Shown here in pieces: positions 22,748 through 32,517 of a stretch of DNA of 34,662 nt. Position numbers and translations under genes: made by a program. Source of the DNA: Parvularia atlantis (Eukaryota); the NCBI GenBank assembly GCA_943704415.1, contig CALSCO010000187.1:1-34662 (forward strand). Direction: 5' to 3'. The notes below the pieces were generated by a model. It did not search any database, was not told the DNA's origin, and saw nothing but the letters and a program-made list of their open reading frames with translations. Numbering within the stretch: the stretch's first letter is position 1; each line of letters starts with the position of its first letter.

Positions 22748-23770
22748 ATGGGTACCAAGTCTGCGGAACACAGCGAGCGCAAAGACGAGGCATCTGAAGG
22801 GCAGCAGGACGAGAGCGCCGAGTCAGCGCAGGGTGCGGTTGGCACGCGGTTGGCAAGCTCTCGCTTGTCTGAGATGCACACCAGCAGGACACGCGCGCGC
22901 GAGCGAGGGTGAGGGCCGCACCAAGAAGGAGCTCGAGCAGCTGGCGAAAAATCCTGCCGAGAACCTGGATATCCAGGACAAGCGCAACAGTGAGGACGTT
23001 AGCGACAGTGAGGACGTTAGCGACTGCTCGACGACTCTGCTCGTCGCTCTCGTGCTCTTGGTCGGCGTGGTCATTGGCATGGTTATCGGGCACTTCTACG
23101 GCGCCGTGCTGCTGCCGCACGGTGCGTGCGGCATCTGCCGCGTGCGCGCACTCACTCTGTGCCGCAGTGTTGAAGCTTGCTGGCCGTCCCGCGCGAGGTC
23201 GGCGTGGTGACGATCAGCCACGGCGAGCACGGCTCGCTCGCAGCGGCGCTGAACGCCACGGCGTCGTACGCCGGGGAGCCGTGGTGCTTCGTTGACATCG
23301 ACCCGGCCTCGCCGCACCTGCTCTCGCCGCAGATGCCGTTGCTGCTCGCGATGTTTTCGTTCGGCGGCGGCCGGTGGCACACGGATTTCAAGGATGCGCT
23401 CGCGGGCAGCGACGGCAACACAGACATCGGCGAACTGTGCCGACGTGCGCTGCCTGACTGCCTGCCTGCTGCGGCGTGCGCACAATGACGGGTGCGCGCA
23501 GGCCACGAGGCCGCTGGAGGCAAGCTGTTCCTGGCCAACACGCGCTCGACGCGCAAGGTCGACCAGCTGCGCTACCTAGACACGACCGGCTCGCCGGACG
23601 TGCTGGGCGTGACGCTGCACAAGGTCGTGTACCTGCGCTTTGACGGCGATACGCACGGCTTCCACTTTAGCAACATGGCGAGCGCGCCGGTGGACGCGTT
23701 CGACCGCGAGCAGGTGCAGGCGCTCTTTGCGGCGCTGTCCAAGGCTGTGCCGGCGACCAAGGCCCAGTAG
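22748..23770 (+). CDS. Uncharacterised single-pass membrane protein with an apparent frame discontinuity near 23168-23180
   Basis: MGTKSAEHSE.. acidic N-terminus; SEDVSD x2 (18-bp duplication at 22989-23024); TM LLVALVLLVGVVIGMVIG; strongly GC3-biased exons 23180-23445 and 23502-23770; TAG at 23768-23770. The start codon is uncertain. Confidence 0.6.
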
Positions 23771-23843
23771 ACGACTTTCCAGTTTTCTGGTGTGTCTTGT
23801 GTGCCGCGCACATGCCAAACACAACAAAGCGCAAGTGCCCGTG

Positions 23844-25338
23844 TCACAGCTCGCTGCGATCGCCCGCGCGGACGCCCTTCGCCGCCCGCTCGAGATCATG
23901 CAGCACAAACTGCTCGGCGCTGCTCATGACCGAACTGAGCAGGCGGTACAGGCCCAGCTGCGTTGCGAAGGGGACGGTGCGGTCGTTGCCGGTTGGCTCG
24001 CGCCCGTCAAACACGTACACGTCGCCCTCGAAGATGCCCGCCAGGGCCGCCATCTGCTTGCGCGCGTCGGAGATGCTGGAGGTCGAGTAGTCCCTGTACT
24101 GGTTGAGCAGGTGCGAGACGTAGACGATCGGGCGCAGGTTGAGCTGCACAAGCTGCGAAACATACGTGCGCAGCTTGGTCTTGCCCCCATCGGCCGCCTT
24201 GAGGTAGTCGGCCGGCACGACGACGATCGCGGCGTGGCAGATGCGCGCGGGAGCATGGGGTCTCTGCTTCTCGACGATGTCCAGGCTGCTGAGCTGCTTG
24301 AGCGATGCCGAGTCGATCTCGCCGTTCTTGATCACGCTGAAGTCGTCGGGAATGAGGCCGCGGGCGAGCTTCTCGAGCAGGCGCGGCGGGCCCAGGTACA
24401 CGCGGTCGTTGCCGATACTCAGCCCGGGCGTGTCGACGACGCGGACCTGCTCGACCGACCGCAGGCTCATGTACATGATCGTGCCTGTGGTGTGGTCGAT
24501 CCCGCCAAACGCCGCGCGGGCCTGCGCGTACACGCCCGAGAGCAAGCTCGTCATCAGGTGGTTGATCAGCGTCGACTTGCCCGAGCCCTGCGGGCCAAAC
24601 ACAAGGATATTGAAGTGCGCTGCGCCGGCCGAGTTCTTGGGCACGGGCCACGACCGGAGGTGCTCGGCGATGAGGCCTGGTGCGGCGGTCAGCGCGCGGC
24701 CAACCGCGGCGGCCATTGAGCGCCGCACCTACGCTCAGCTTGAAGCCCGGCGTGAGCAGCTTGTACGGCTTCTGCTGCGGGTCGGTGACTGAGAACGACA
24801 CGACCTCGGGCAGCTTGTCGATCTTGGCCGTCGGCAGCGGGTGCAGCTTGATCTCGGCGAAGTAGGCGTAGCTCTCGTCAGCGTAGGCGGGGATCTGCCT
24901 GTGGATAAGGTGCCTTGCCGGCTGGTAGTACTCCTGGTCGTTGCCGATCCTGCCGTGCGCGCGGGTGCGGCGTTCAGGTTGGCGCACATGCGCGACAAAG
25001 CTCGAACGGCGCGAAACGCACAGCAGCACTGACCGCGCCGGCAGCTCGACGTGGTGATCATAACCTTGATCGTCGTCGGCTCGCTCAGGCTGGTCTGGGC
25101 AACCTGCCTGCGGGTCGCGCGGCTCAGCGGCGTGCGTCGGCGCACGAGCCGGCGAGCGCGCACGTCGTCTTGACCGCCACGTTTGAGTTGGCCACGAACG
25201 ACGGGCCGAACCAGCCCGCCGCCTGCGCCCGACGCGGTCAGTCGGCGGGCCACCGCTTGTGCCCAGGCCCCGGCCGCGCACAGCGCACTGTACCAGGACG
25301 ACGGCCGTGATCACAAAGCCGAGCGTGAGCCACGCCAT
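23844..25338 (-). CDS. IFI44/IFI44L-like P-loop GTPase-fold protein with a signal peptide and a C-terminal RSEL
   Basis: MAWLTLGFVITAVVLVQCA|AAG; NILVFGPQGSGKSTLIN (Walker A); HTTGT; VVDTPGL; ICHAAIVVVPA; PIVYVSHL; YRLLSSVMSSAEQFV; ends GDRSEL*. Four introns; the third donor is uncertain. Confidence 0.75.
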
Positions 25339-25853
25339 GTGGTGCGGTTGGCAAGCGTCGGTCACGTGCAAGCTCTGTGACACAGCCCACTTGGCTGTGC
25401 AGCCCGCCGTCGTCCGCACGATTTTATTTTTTTTTATTTTTGAAGCCCGTCACGGTCACGCCGGCCGCCGTCAGCACGACATGCCGTGTGAGCGGTGCGC
25501 GCAAGGGGCCTTGGTGTCCGTCACTCACTGCTGCCGTGCAGAGTCGCCGCGACATCAGATGCACAACTGCTTTGTATGCATTTTGCTTGTGATGACGTCA
25601 CGCGCGCCTCAGAAACTGACTCTGCGGCTGCTGCGTCTTGTCTAATCGCCGGCTGTCGCGTGCGCGTTGTCTGTCTCTCTTGCTCTGACTTGCCGCTGTC
25701 CTTCGCGGTCGCTCGCTTGGCGTTTGTGCCGCGCGCTTGTGGTGGGTGCGCGCAAGCCCGGAAATTGACCGGTGACACGCAGCAGGCCATCCAGCGCCCT
25801 CGGCAAGGACGGCCCAGGCGAGCAGCAGCCGCGGCGCGCGCGTCGGAGACAAG

Positions 25854-25907
25854 GTGGGCGCTGAGCGGGGGAAGGGCGGGGGTGCTGACGACGGCGGCGG
25901 CAAACAG
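25854..25907 (+). other. 5'-UTR intron of the Ariadne gene
   Basis: AAG|GTGGGC...GCTGAC...AAACAG, 54 nt, ending 6 nt before ATG 25914. Confidence 0.65.
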
Positions 25908-25913
25908 CGCAGA

Positions 25914-27856
25914 ATGGACGACGACTTTGACGTGATGGACACGAGCGACGACGTGGACGTGGCCGATGACGAGGACGAGGAGCTGCAGCCCGGGTTCGAC
26001 GCGGACGACTCGGCGCTGGGGTTCATGGACGTGACGGCCGACAAGAACAAGAAAAAGGACTTTGAGGTCGACTTCACGGTCTACACGGCCGAGGACCTGG
26101 CCGGGATGATCCGCAAGGACAACCAGCAGGTGCGTGACGTGGCAGACGCGCCGCCGGGCGTCTCTCACTCACGCTTGCGCCGCCGCGGCCAGCTCGCCGG
26201 GCTGCTCGGCCTCGGCGAGGAGGACGCCTTCGCGCTGCTGCGGCATTTTCGCTGGAAGCAGGACCGGCTGATCGAGATGTACATGGACAACTCGGACGCG
26301 ATCCAGGCCAAGGTCGGGCTCAGGGCCGCGCAGGGCCCCGCCGCCGGCGCCAAGCCGGGCATCGCGATCCGCGCCGTGTTCACGTGCGAGCTGTGCGTCA
26401 ACGACGGTGCGTCGCACGTGCGCACATGACGTCTGCGGTGTTCTCACGCAAACAAACAGAGCCCAACCAGCGCGTAGTCACGCTCGGCTGCGGTCACATC
26501 TACTGCGCCGCGTGCTACGCGCAGTACATCCGCGCGCGCGTCACGCGCGACCAGGACTCGCGCATCGGGTGCATGGCCACCAAGTGCAACGTGCTCGTGC
26601 CCGAGTCGCTCGTGCTCCAGCTCTCCCCGGCCGACGTCGTCGCGCGCCTGCGGCGGCTGCAGCAGGACCAGTTTATGCGCGACCACGAGTACCTCAAGGT
26701 ATGCGGATTGGCGACGTGGGGCGCATCCGGCGCGTGCACAACATGCTCACGCTCGCCCGTCGCAGTGGTGCCCAGCGCCTCGATGCGAACACGTGGTCGA
26801 GTGCCACGTGCCCAACAGTCAGCTCAACCGCATCGTGCCCACGGTCGTGTGCCATTGCCGCCACGCCTTCTGCTTCGGCTGCGGTCTCGGCGACCACCAG
26901 CCCGCCATCTGCGCCATCGCCAAGAAGTGGCTCAAGAAGTGCGCCGATGACTCGGAGACGGCCAACTGGATACACGTCAACACGAAGGAGTGCCCAAAGT
27001 GCCACGCGACGATCGAGAAGAACGGCGGGTGCAACCACATGAGCTGCAAGGTGCGCGAGCATGCACTCTCGTCGCACGTCGCGCTCACGGCTGAGTGCGC
27101 GCGCTTTTGCAGAAATGCAAGCACGAGTTTTGCTGGGTGTGCCAGGGCCCCTGGTCTGAGCACGGTTCGTCGTGGTACACGTGCAACCGCTTCGACGACA
27201 AGTCGAGCGAGGATGCGCGCAGCCAGCAGGCCAAATCGCGCCAGGCCCTCGAGCGCTACCTGCACTACTTCCAGCGCTACCACAACCACGACAGCTCGGC
27301 CAAGCTCGAGCGCGACCTGCTCGGCAAGATCGAGAAGAAGATGACGATCATGCAGGTGCGGGGCGCGCGCTCGCGGCGTCGCGTGGGTGTGCGCTGATGC
27401 GTTTGTGCTGCAGGAAACGACCGACCTGTCGTGGATCGAGGTGCAGTTCCTCAAGCGCGCCGCCGACACGCTCTTCCAGTGCCGCATGACGCTCAAGTGG
27501 ACCTACGCCTTTGCGTACTACCTGAAGTGCGTGCGCACGCCCGCGCGAGCGGGCGCACGGTGTGCGCTCACCGCGGGAGCGCGCGCGGCAGGAGCTCGAA
27601 CCAGACGCACATCTTCGAGGACAACCAGCGCGACCTCGAGATGGCCGTCGAGAACCTGTCGGGCCTGCTCGAGCAGCAGATCGACCGCGACACGATCGCG
27701 CAGCTGCGCCAGCAGGTGCTCGACAAGACCGTCTACGTCGCGTCGCGGCGAGAGGTCCTCCTGTCGGACTCGGCGCAGGGCCTGCTCGAGGACCGCTGGC
27801 AGTACAACGAAGACCCGGCCGTCTCGGCGGCGGGCCCAGCCCCCAAGTCATCCTGA
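25914..27856 (+). CDS. ARIH1: Ariadne-family RBR E3 ubiquitin ligase (ARIH1/Hel1-like)
   Basis: Acidic N-terminus; [18 protein letters not shown]1 [120 protein letters not shown]. Confidence 0.96.
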
Positions 27857-27920
27857 GAGAGACCATGCACGATTTCTTGTGTACAGCGTGATTCACGCTT
27901 CATTGCTTGGCATGTCGCTC

Positions 27921-28647
27921 TCAGCGCCGCGCGCGCTTGGTGTCGTTGCCGCCCTCGTCGGGCTCGTCGTAGTCCTCGTCGTCGCGTGCACGCCGGGCGG
28001 GTGCGGGCGCCGGAGTGGGTGCCGGTGCCGGTGCTGCAGGCGCGGCCGGGCGCACGAGCGGGGGCAATGGCGCCGGCGCGGGCTGCTCTAATGGCGGCGG
28101 CGCGATGCGCGGCAGCACGGCGTAGTTGGGCGCGGTCAGGCGGAAGCGCTCGGGCGGGAGGCGGACGTGCGCGCCCTCGTTGATCTTGGGCAGCGGCTGG
28201 GCGTTGCGCTGCGCCGCCAGATCGAGCACGAACTGCGCGCGGCCGTGAGCACGGATGCGCGATCACGGCTCGGGCACAACGTGCCTCGCGCGGCGGCGGT
28301 GCCGTGAAGCTCGTGCCGACGCGCGCCTGCACCGCCAGCCGCACGTCCTCCAGCGTGAGCTCGCTGCTGCGGCCCCCGTGCTCGGCGTACGCCAGCGCGT
28401 CTGTGAACACCTCGTGCGCGTAGCGGTGCACAAACTCGAGCAGCTGCGCCGGCACGCGCGCGTCGTACTCGTCCACGCCCATCGCGTGCAGCAGCAGGTT
28501 GACGATGCGCGCGTTGCGCGGCATCTCGTCAAGCGCCGTCACTACCGCCGCTCCCGCCGTGCCTGCCGTGCCCGCCGTGCTGCCCAGCGGGCGACGGGGC
28601 GACGCTGCTGCGGCTCGCGATGCGGCCGATGCGCCGACAGATGCCAT
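27921..28647 (-). CDS. TAF9: TFIID/SAGA subunit TAF9 (one GC-AG intron, 28233-28284)
   Basis: [83 protein letters not shown]. Confidence 0.96.
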
Positions 28648-28708
28648 CACGAGGGAACTGTGTGCATGCAGCTGTGCATCATCGTACATCACGCGACATA
28701 CACAAGTG
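28648..28708. promoter_or_regulatory. 61-bp head-to-head spacer between TAF9 and the LRR gene
   Basis: ATG at 28647 (-) and ATG at 28709 (+); spacer is less GC-rich than the flanks. Confidence 0.5.
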
Positions 28709-30314
28709 ATGTTCGGTGACAGCGCGTCGGCCGTCGTCGTCGTCGCGCCCGGTGCGCACCGCGAGGCCGACGGTGCCGTGCCGCGGCTCGAGACGCTGGC
28801 GGCGCGGCGGCTGGTGGCGCGCGAGCTCGTGGACGTGCCCGTGGCGCGACTTCGACGCGTCTCGCTCGCGGCCGCCCACGCGCTGCTCGCCGAGACGCTG
28901 CGCGCGCGGCGCGCGGGGCTGGCGGCGGCGCTGCTGGGCGGGTGGCCGTGGCGCGTGGTGGACGTGAGCGGCGTGGCACTGGCAATGCGCGATCTGGCGG
29001 TGCTGCGCCGCGCGCTCGACGGCCGCGTTCGCGAGCTGCATCTGCCGCGCGGTCTCGTCGTGCGCCGCGGCAGCGACGACAGCGAGGGCGAGGGCGGCGC
29101 GTTCTGCGCGTGGCTCGCGACGCCGGCCGCGCGCGGGCTCGTCGTGCATCTGCACGGCTTCGACACCGGCGCATGGCGGAGCGTCCTGGCGCGGCGCGTG
29201 CGGCTGCGCGCCGTGACGATCGAGCTGCACCCGTGCGCATCGCTCCACTCGCTCGCTCGCTGTACGGCTGACGGGCAGTGCGCAGGGCCGAGCTGGCGCG
29301 GACACGGCGAGCGCTGCAGTGCATCGGCACGGACAGCACGGGCGTGTATAGCGCGCTGACTGAGCTGCATCTGCTCGCGTGCGTACGCTGCGCGCGTCTC
29401 AATGGTCGTTGATTGCGGGTCGCAGGCCGCTGCCGCCGTGGGACGAACTGTTTGAGCTGCTGACGCCGGCCGTCGCGCGGCGGCTGCAGGTGCTGCGCGT
29501 GCGCAGTCTGCGTGCGCCGCCGGGCGGGCCGCCGCCGTGGATGCGGCTGCTGGCGCGATGCCCGAGCCTGCGCGCATTCGCGTGGGAAGTGCATGAGCGT
29601 GTGCGACCGGTGGCGACGGCGTGGACGGCGCTCGGGCGACACCTGGGCGCGCACACGGCGCTGGCTCACCTCGTGCTCGCGCACACCGGCATCGGTGTGT
29701 CGTCGCGCGCGCATTTGCTGTACCGCCACGCTGACGGGCGACGCGCAGACGACCACGGACTGCGCCGGCTGTTGAGCGGGCTCGCACTGTCAACGGCGCT
29801 GCGGACGCTCGCGCTCGACGACAGCGCGCTGACACTCACCACCTCGATCGACACGGAGCACATGCCGCCCAGCCTGCGCGGCCTCTCGCTGCGCCACGCC
29901 AAGATGAGCCACGCCGCGCCCGCTTGGACCAGACACCTGCGCGCGCTGCTCGCGCTGCTGCCGGACCTGCGCGAGCTGCACCTCGGCGACAACGCGCTCG
30001 TCGCACCGGACGCGCCCGGGCCGAGCATCGCGGGCCTCGTCGAGCTCATCTGCGCGCTGCCGGCGCTGCGCACGCTGCACCTCGACAACACAGGCCTCGA
30101 CGAGGACACGGCCGGCGCGCTGCTTGCAGCTGTGCTCGGGCCGCAGCGCACGCTCACGACTGTGGGCCTCGCCGGCGCAACGGACCCGCAGCAGCGCCCG
30201 AGCCTCGCACGGCAGCTCCAGCACACGCTCGCAGCAGCAGGCTCGGGCATGGGCTCGGTGCTGCCGCTGACACTGAACGCTGTACCGTGTGCGATCAGCG
30301 ACGTGTACGGGTGA
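28709..30314 (+). CDS. RNI-like leucine-rich repeat protein with an N-terminal BC-box-like motif (3 introns)
   Basis: VPRLETLAARRLV; LRRs LAHLVLAHTGI, LRTLALDDSAL, LRELHLGDNAL, LRTLHLDNTGL; TGA at 30312-30314. Confidence 0.75.
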
Positions 30315-30329
30315 CTGTGACACAGGAAG

Positions 30330-30833
30330 GCACAGCGATGCGCAGGCAGTGACTCGCAGTCTTGCTGGCGACGTCGTACTACTAGTAGTTGTTGAACACG
30401 TCGTAGGCGATGCCGACGCACGCGCACGACAGGTGCAGAAACAGCTTGTTCTCGCCCTTGTGAGTTACGTACCACTGGCAAAGCGCAGCACACAGCCTGA
30501 GCCCACAGCGTAGCCTAGCTACTCTAAGTTAGCGCGAGTTGACGTTGCCTGTTAGCGTCACCACGCTAAAGCCCTTTTGGGGGTTGCTAGTAGCACGCAG
30601 AACGAAGATACATGTAGTGCGGAAGAACCTAAACAAGATGCCTGCCTCGGAGCGTCTATTCAGCGACTCAGAGGCCGCCGAAGTACTGAGCAACGGGAGG
30701 CGAGTCCTCGCGCTTATGCCCACGGTACACATCCTGCGCCTACAGCTCGCTCGTCGTTCACGCCCTCGCCGTTCACGCCCTCCGGCACCGTGACGTGGCC
30801 CGTGACGGTGCTGCCCGCGGCGCGTGAGCTCAT
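30330..30833 (-). pseudogene. Possible decayed, hypermutated coding relic (origin unknown)
   Basis: The minus strand reads WYVTHKGENKLFLHLSCACVGIAYDVFNNY**YDVASKTASHCLRI with coding-like codons interrupted by TAG TAG. Further coding-like segments lie in shifting frames, with a strong local TpA/CTAG excess. Confidence 0.45.
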
Positions 30834-30851
30834 GTTTCGGTGCGGATCGCA

Positions 30852-32351
30852 ATGGCGCGTCTCACGTGGTCGCTGCTCGCCCTCGCGCTCGCGCTGCTTG
30901 TGGCGGCGGCGGCGCCGACGCGCGCGCTGCCGGTGTTCGAGGAGCTGCGCGGCCCCGTGGTGGGCAACGGCTACGTCAGCCTGGTGCTGCCGGTGCCTGC
31001 GAACGCGGCCGCGTACAACGCCGTGTACAAGGGGGGCATCACCGTCAAGCTCGAGGCGTCGCCGACAAACTGCCTGTCGGCGTGCGTGACCGACCTGCTG
31101 CGCGCGTACCCGGACATGGGCTCGTGGACGCGCGCGGGCGTGTGCCGCGCGTACCTCCCGAGCGACGGCCAGACGACCGTGGCGCTGCGCCCGGGCTTTG
31201 CGCACATCACGCTGCACAACCCGCAGACGACCCAGTGCCTCTACACCGTGACCTACTCGGGCGAGCTGTGCGACGCCAGCGACGCGTACGGCCCGGACTG
31301 CGAGCCGCGCACGGCCAAGCCCGCGGGCCAGGTCACGCTCCAGCCCGGCCAGGTGCTCACGTTCGAGGGCGTGTACTCGACCGCGTCGCGCGTGCCCCGC
31401 TACGCCTTCGCCAAGATCCAGGTCGAGCCCCTGGCCGACGGCGGCAACGCGACCGTGGGCAACAACAACGTCACCATCGCCGCGCGCGCCTACGACCACC
31501 CGCGCTTCGACTATGAGGCGTTTGACAACAAGACCCAGGTCACCGTCCCGGCCGCCGGCGGCGTCGCTGTGCAGGTCGACGTCGAGCTGACCACGCCCCC
31601 GCGCACGTTCAACATTGCCACGGTCAAGATCCCGCTCTTCTTCTCGGTCTACGCCGACCCGGCCAACACCGCCTCGGTCACGTTCTCCGTCGTCAGCGTG
31701 GGCGAGGTCGACTGCGCGATCGAGTACTACGGCGGCCGCGACTGCAACATCTTCACGCCCATCACGCCCGACTCGAACACGTACAACCTCTCGTCCACGT
31801 ACACGCCCAACCCGATCGTCGACACGCTCGACCGGCTCGACTTTAGCGTGGGCATGCAAACGCTCTACGGCCAAATGGTCGCGTACCTGCGCTTCGGCAA
31901 CGTGCCCGTGCCCTCGGCCAACCTGTTTGATGTGTTTATCCCCATGTCGGCAGCGTCGGGCACGGGCACGACCGACGTGCGCTTCTACGCGAGCGGCCTG
32001 GGCGTCAACCTGAACGACACGGCCATCTACGTCGCGTTCTATTCGGCCGACGAGCGCCCGGACGACCAGTACCTGTACTGGATGAACCACAACTGCCCCA
32101 ACCGCGACTGCGGCGGCAACGGCATCTGCACGAGCAACCGCTGCCTGTGCAACGAGGGCTTCCCCGCGCCCACGTGCTCGTCCGACGGCCTCGACAATCC
32201 GACCTTGCTCCCGCCCGCTGCCGGTGGCCGGTCCTCGTCCGAGAACTTCCTGATCGCGCTGGGCGTGCTGGGCGCGGTGGGCCTGGTCGCGCTCTGGGGC
32301 TACCTGCACTACCGCCGCAAGAGCGTCGCGGGCTCGTACAACAACCTCTGA
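30852..32351 (+). CDS. Intronless type I membrane protein (499 aa): signal peptide, beta-rich ectodomain, EGF-like module, TM helix, short tail with YxxL
   Basis: Uninterrupted GC3-rich ORF; MARLTWSLLALALALLVAAAAPTRA; CPNRDCGGNGICTSNRCLCNEGFPAPTC; FLIALGVLGAVGLVALWGYL; RRKSVAGSYNNL*. Confidence 0.88.
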   Translation: MARLTWSLLALALALLVAAAAPTRALPVFEELRGPVVGNGYVSLVLPVPANAAAYNAVYKGGITVKLEASPTNCLSACVTDLLRAYPDMGSWTRAGVCRAYLPSDGQTTVALRPGFAHITLHNPQTTQCLYTVTYSGELCDASDAYGPDCEPRTAKPAGQVTLQPGQVLTFEGVYSTASRVPRYAFAKIQVEPLADGGNATVGNNNVTIAARAYDHPRFDYEAFDNKTQVTVPAAGGVAVQVDVELTTPPRTFNIATVKIPLFFSVYADPANTASVTFSVVSVGEVDCAIEYYGGRDCNIFTPITPDSNTYNLSSTYTPNPIVDTLDRLDFSVGMQTLYGQMVAYLRFGNVPVPSANLFDVFIPMSAASGTGTTDVRFYASGLGVNLNDTAIYVAFYSADERPDDQYLYWMNHNCPNRDCGGNGICTSNRCLCNEGFPAPTCSSDGLDNPTLLPPAAGGRSSSENFLIALGVLGAVGLVALWGYLHYRRKSVAGSYNNL

Positions 32352-32442
32352 AAGACCAAGACACGCTGTTTTCTCCGTGCGCCGTGGCGCTGTGTGTGGC
32401 GCTGTGTGTGGCGCCTCCGCAAGCTGTGTGTCGGTGGGCGTC

Positions 32443-32446
<4 letters not shown>

Positions 32447-32486
<40 letters not shown>
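32447..32486 (+). repeat. (GT)20 microsatellite
   Basis: Read directly; ends ~30 bp upstream of the next ATG. Confidence 0.97.
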
Positions 32487-32490
<4 letters not shown>

Positions 32491-32517
32491 TGGTCAAGTG
32501 CACTTTCACGCGATCGG

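Noticed and set aside
25421..25441. T-rich tract as a retroelement poly(A) tail
   Set aside because: No target-site duplication or element body is visible; it is more likely a promoter-associated AT tract.
25589..25688. GTGATGA ... CTGA resembling a box C/D snoRNA
   Set aside because: There is no convincing terminal stem or rRNA-complementary guide, and CTGAC is the ubiquitous branch-site motif here.
30510..30745. TAG codons concentrated in one minus-strand frame, suggesting stop-codon reassignment
   Set aside because: Host genes end with TAG (DDX6, gene 22748), TAA and TGA, and conserved exons contain no in-frame stops. CG-to-TA mutation of NNC-GGN junctions explains the phasing more simply.
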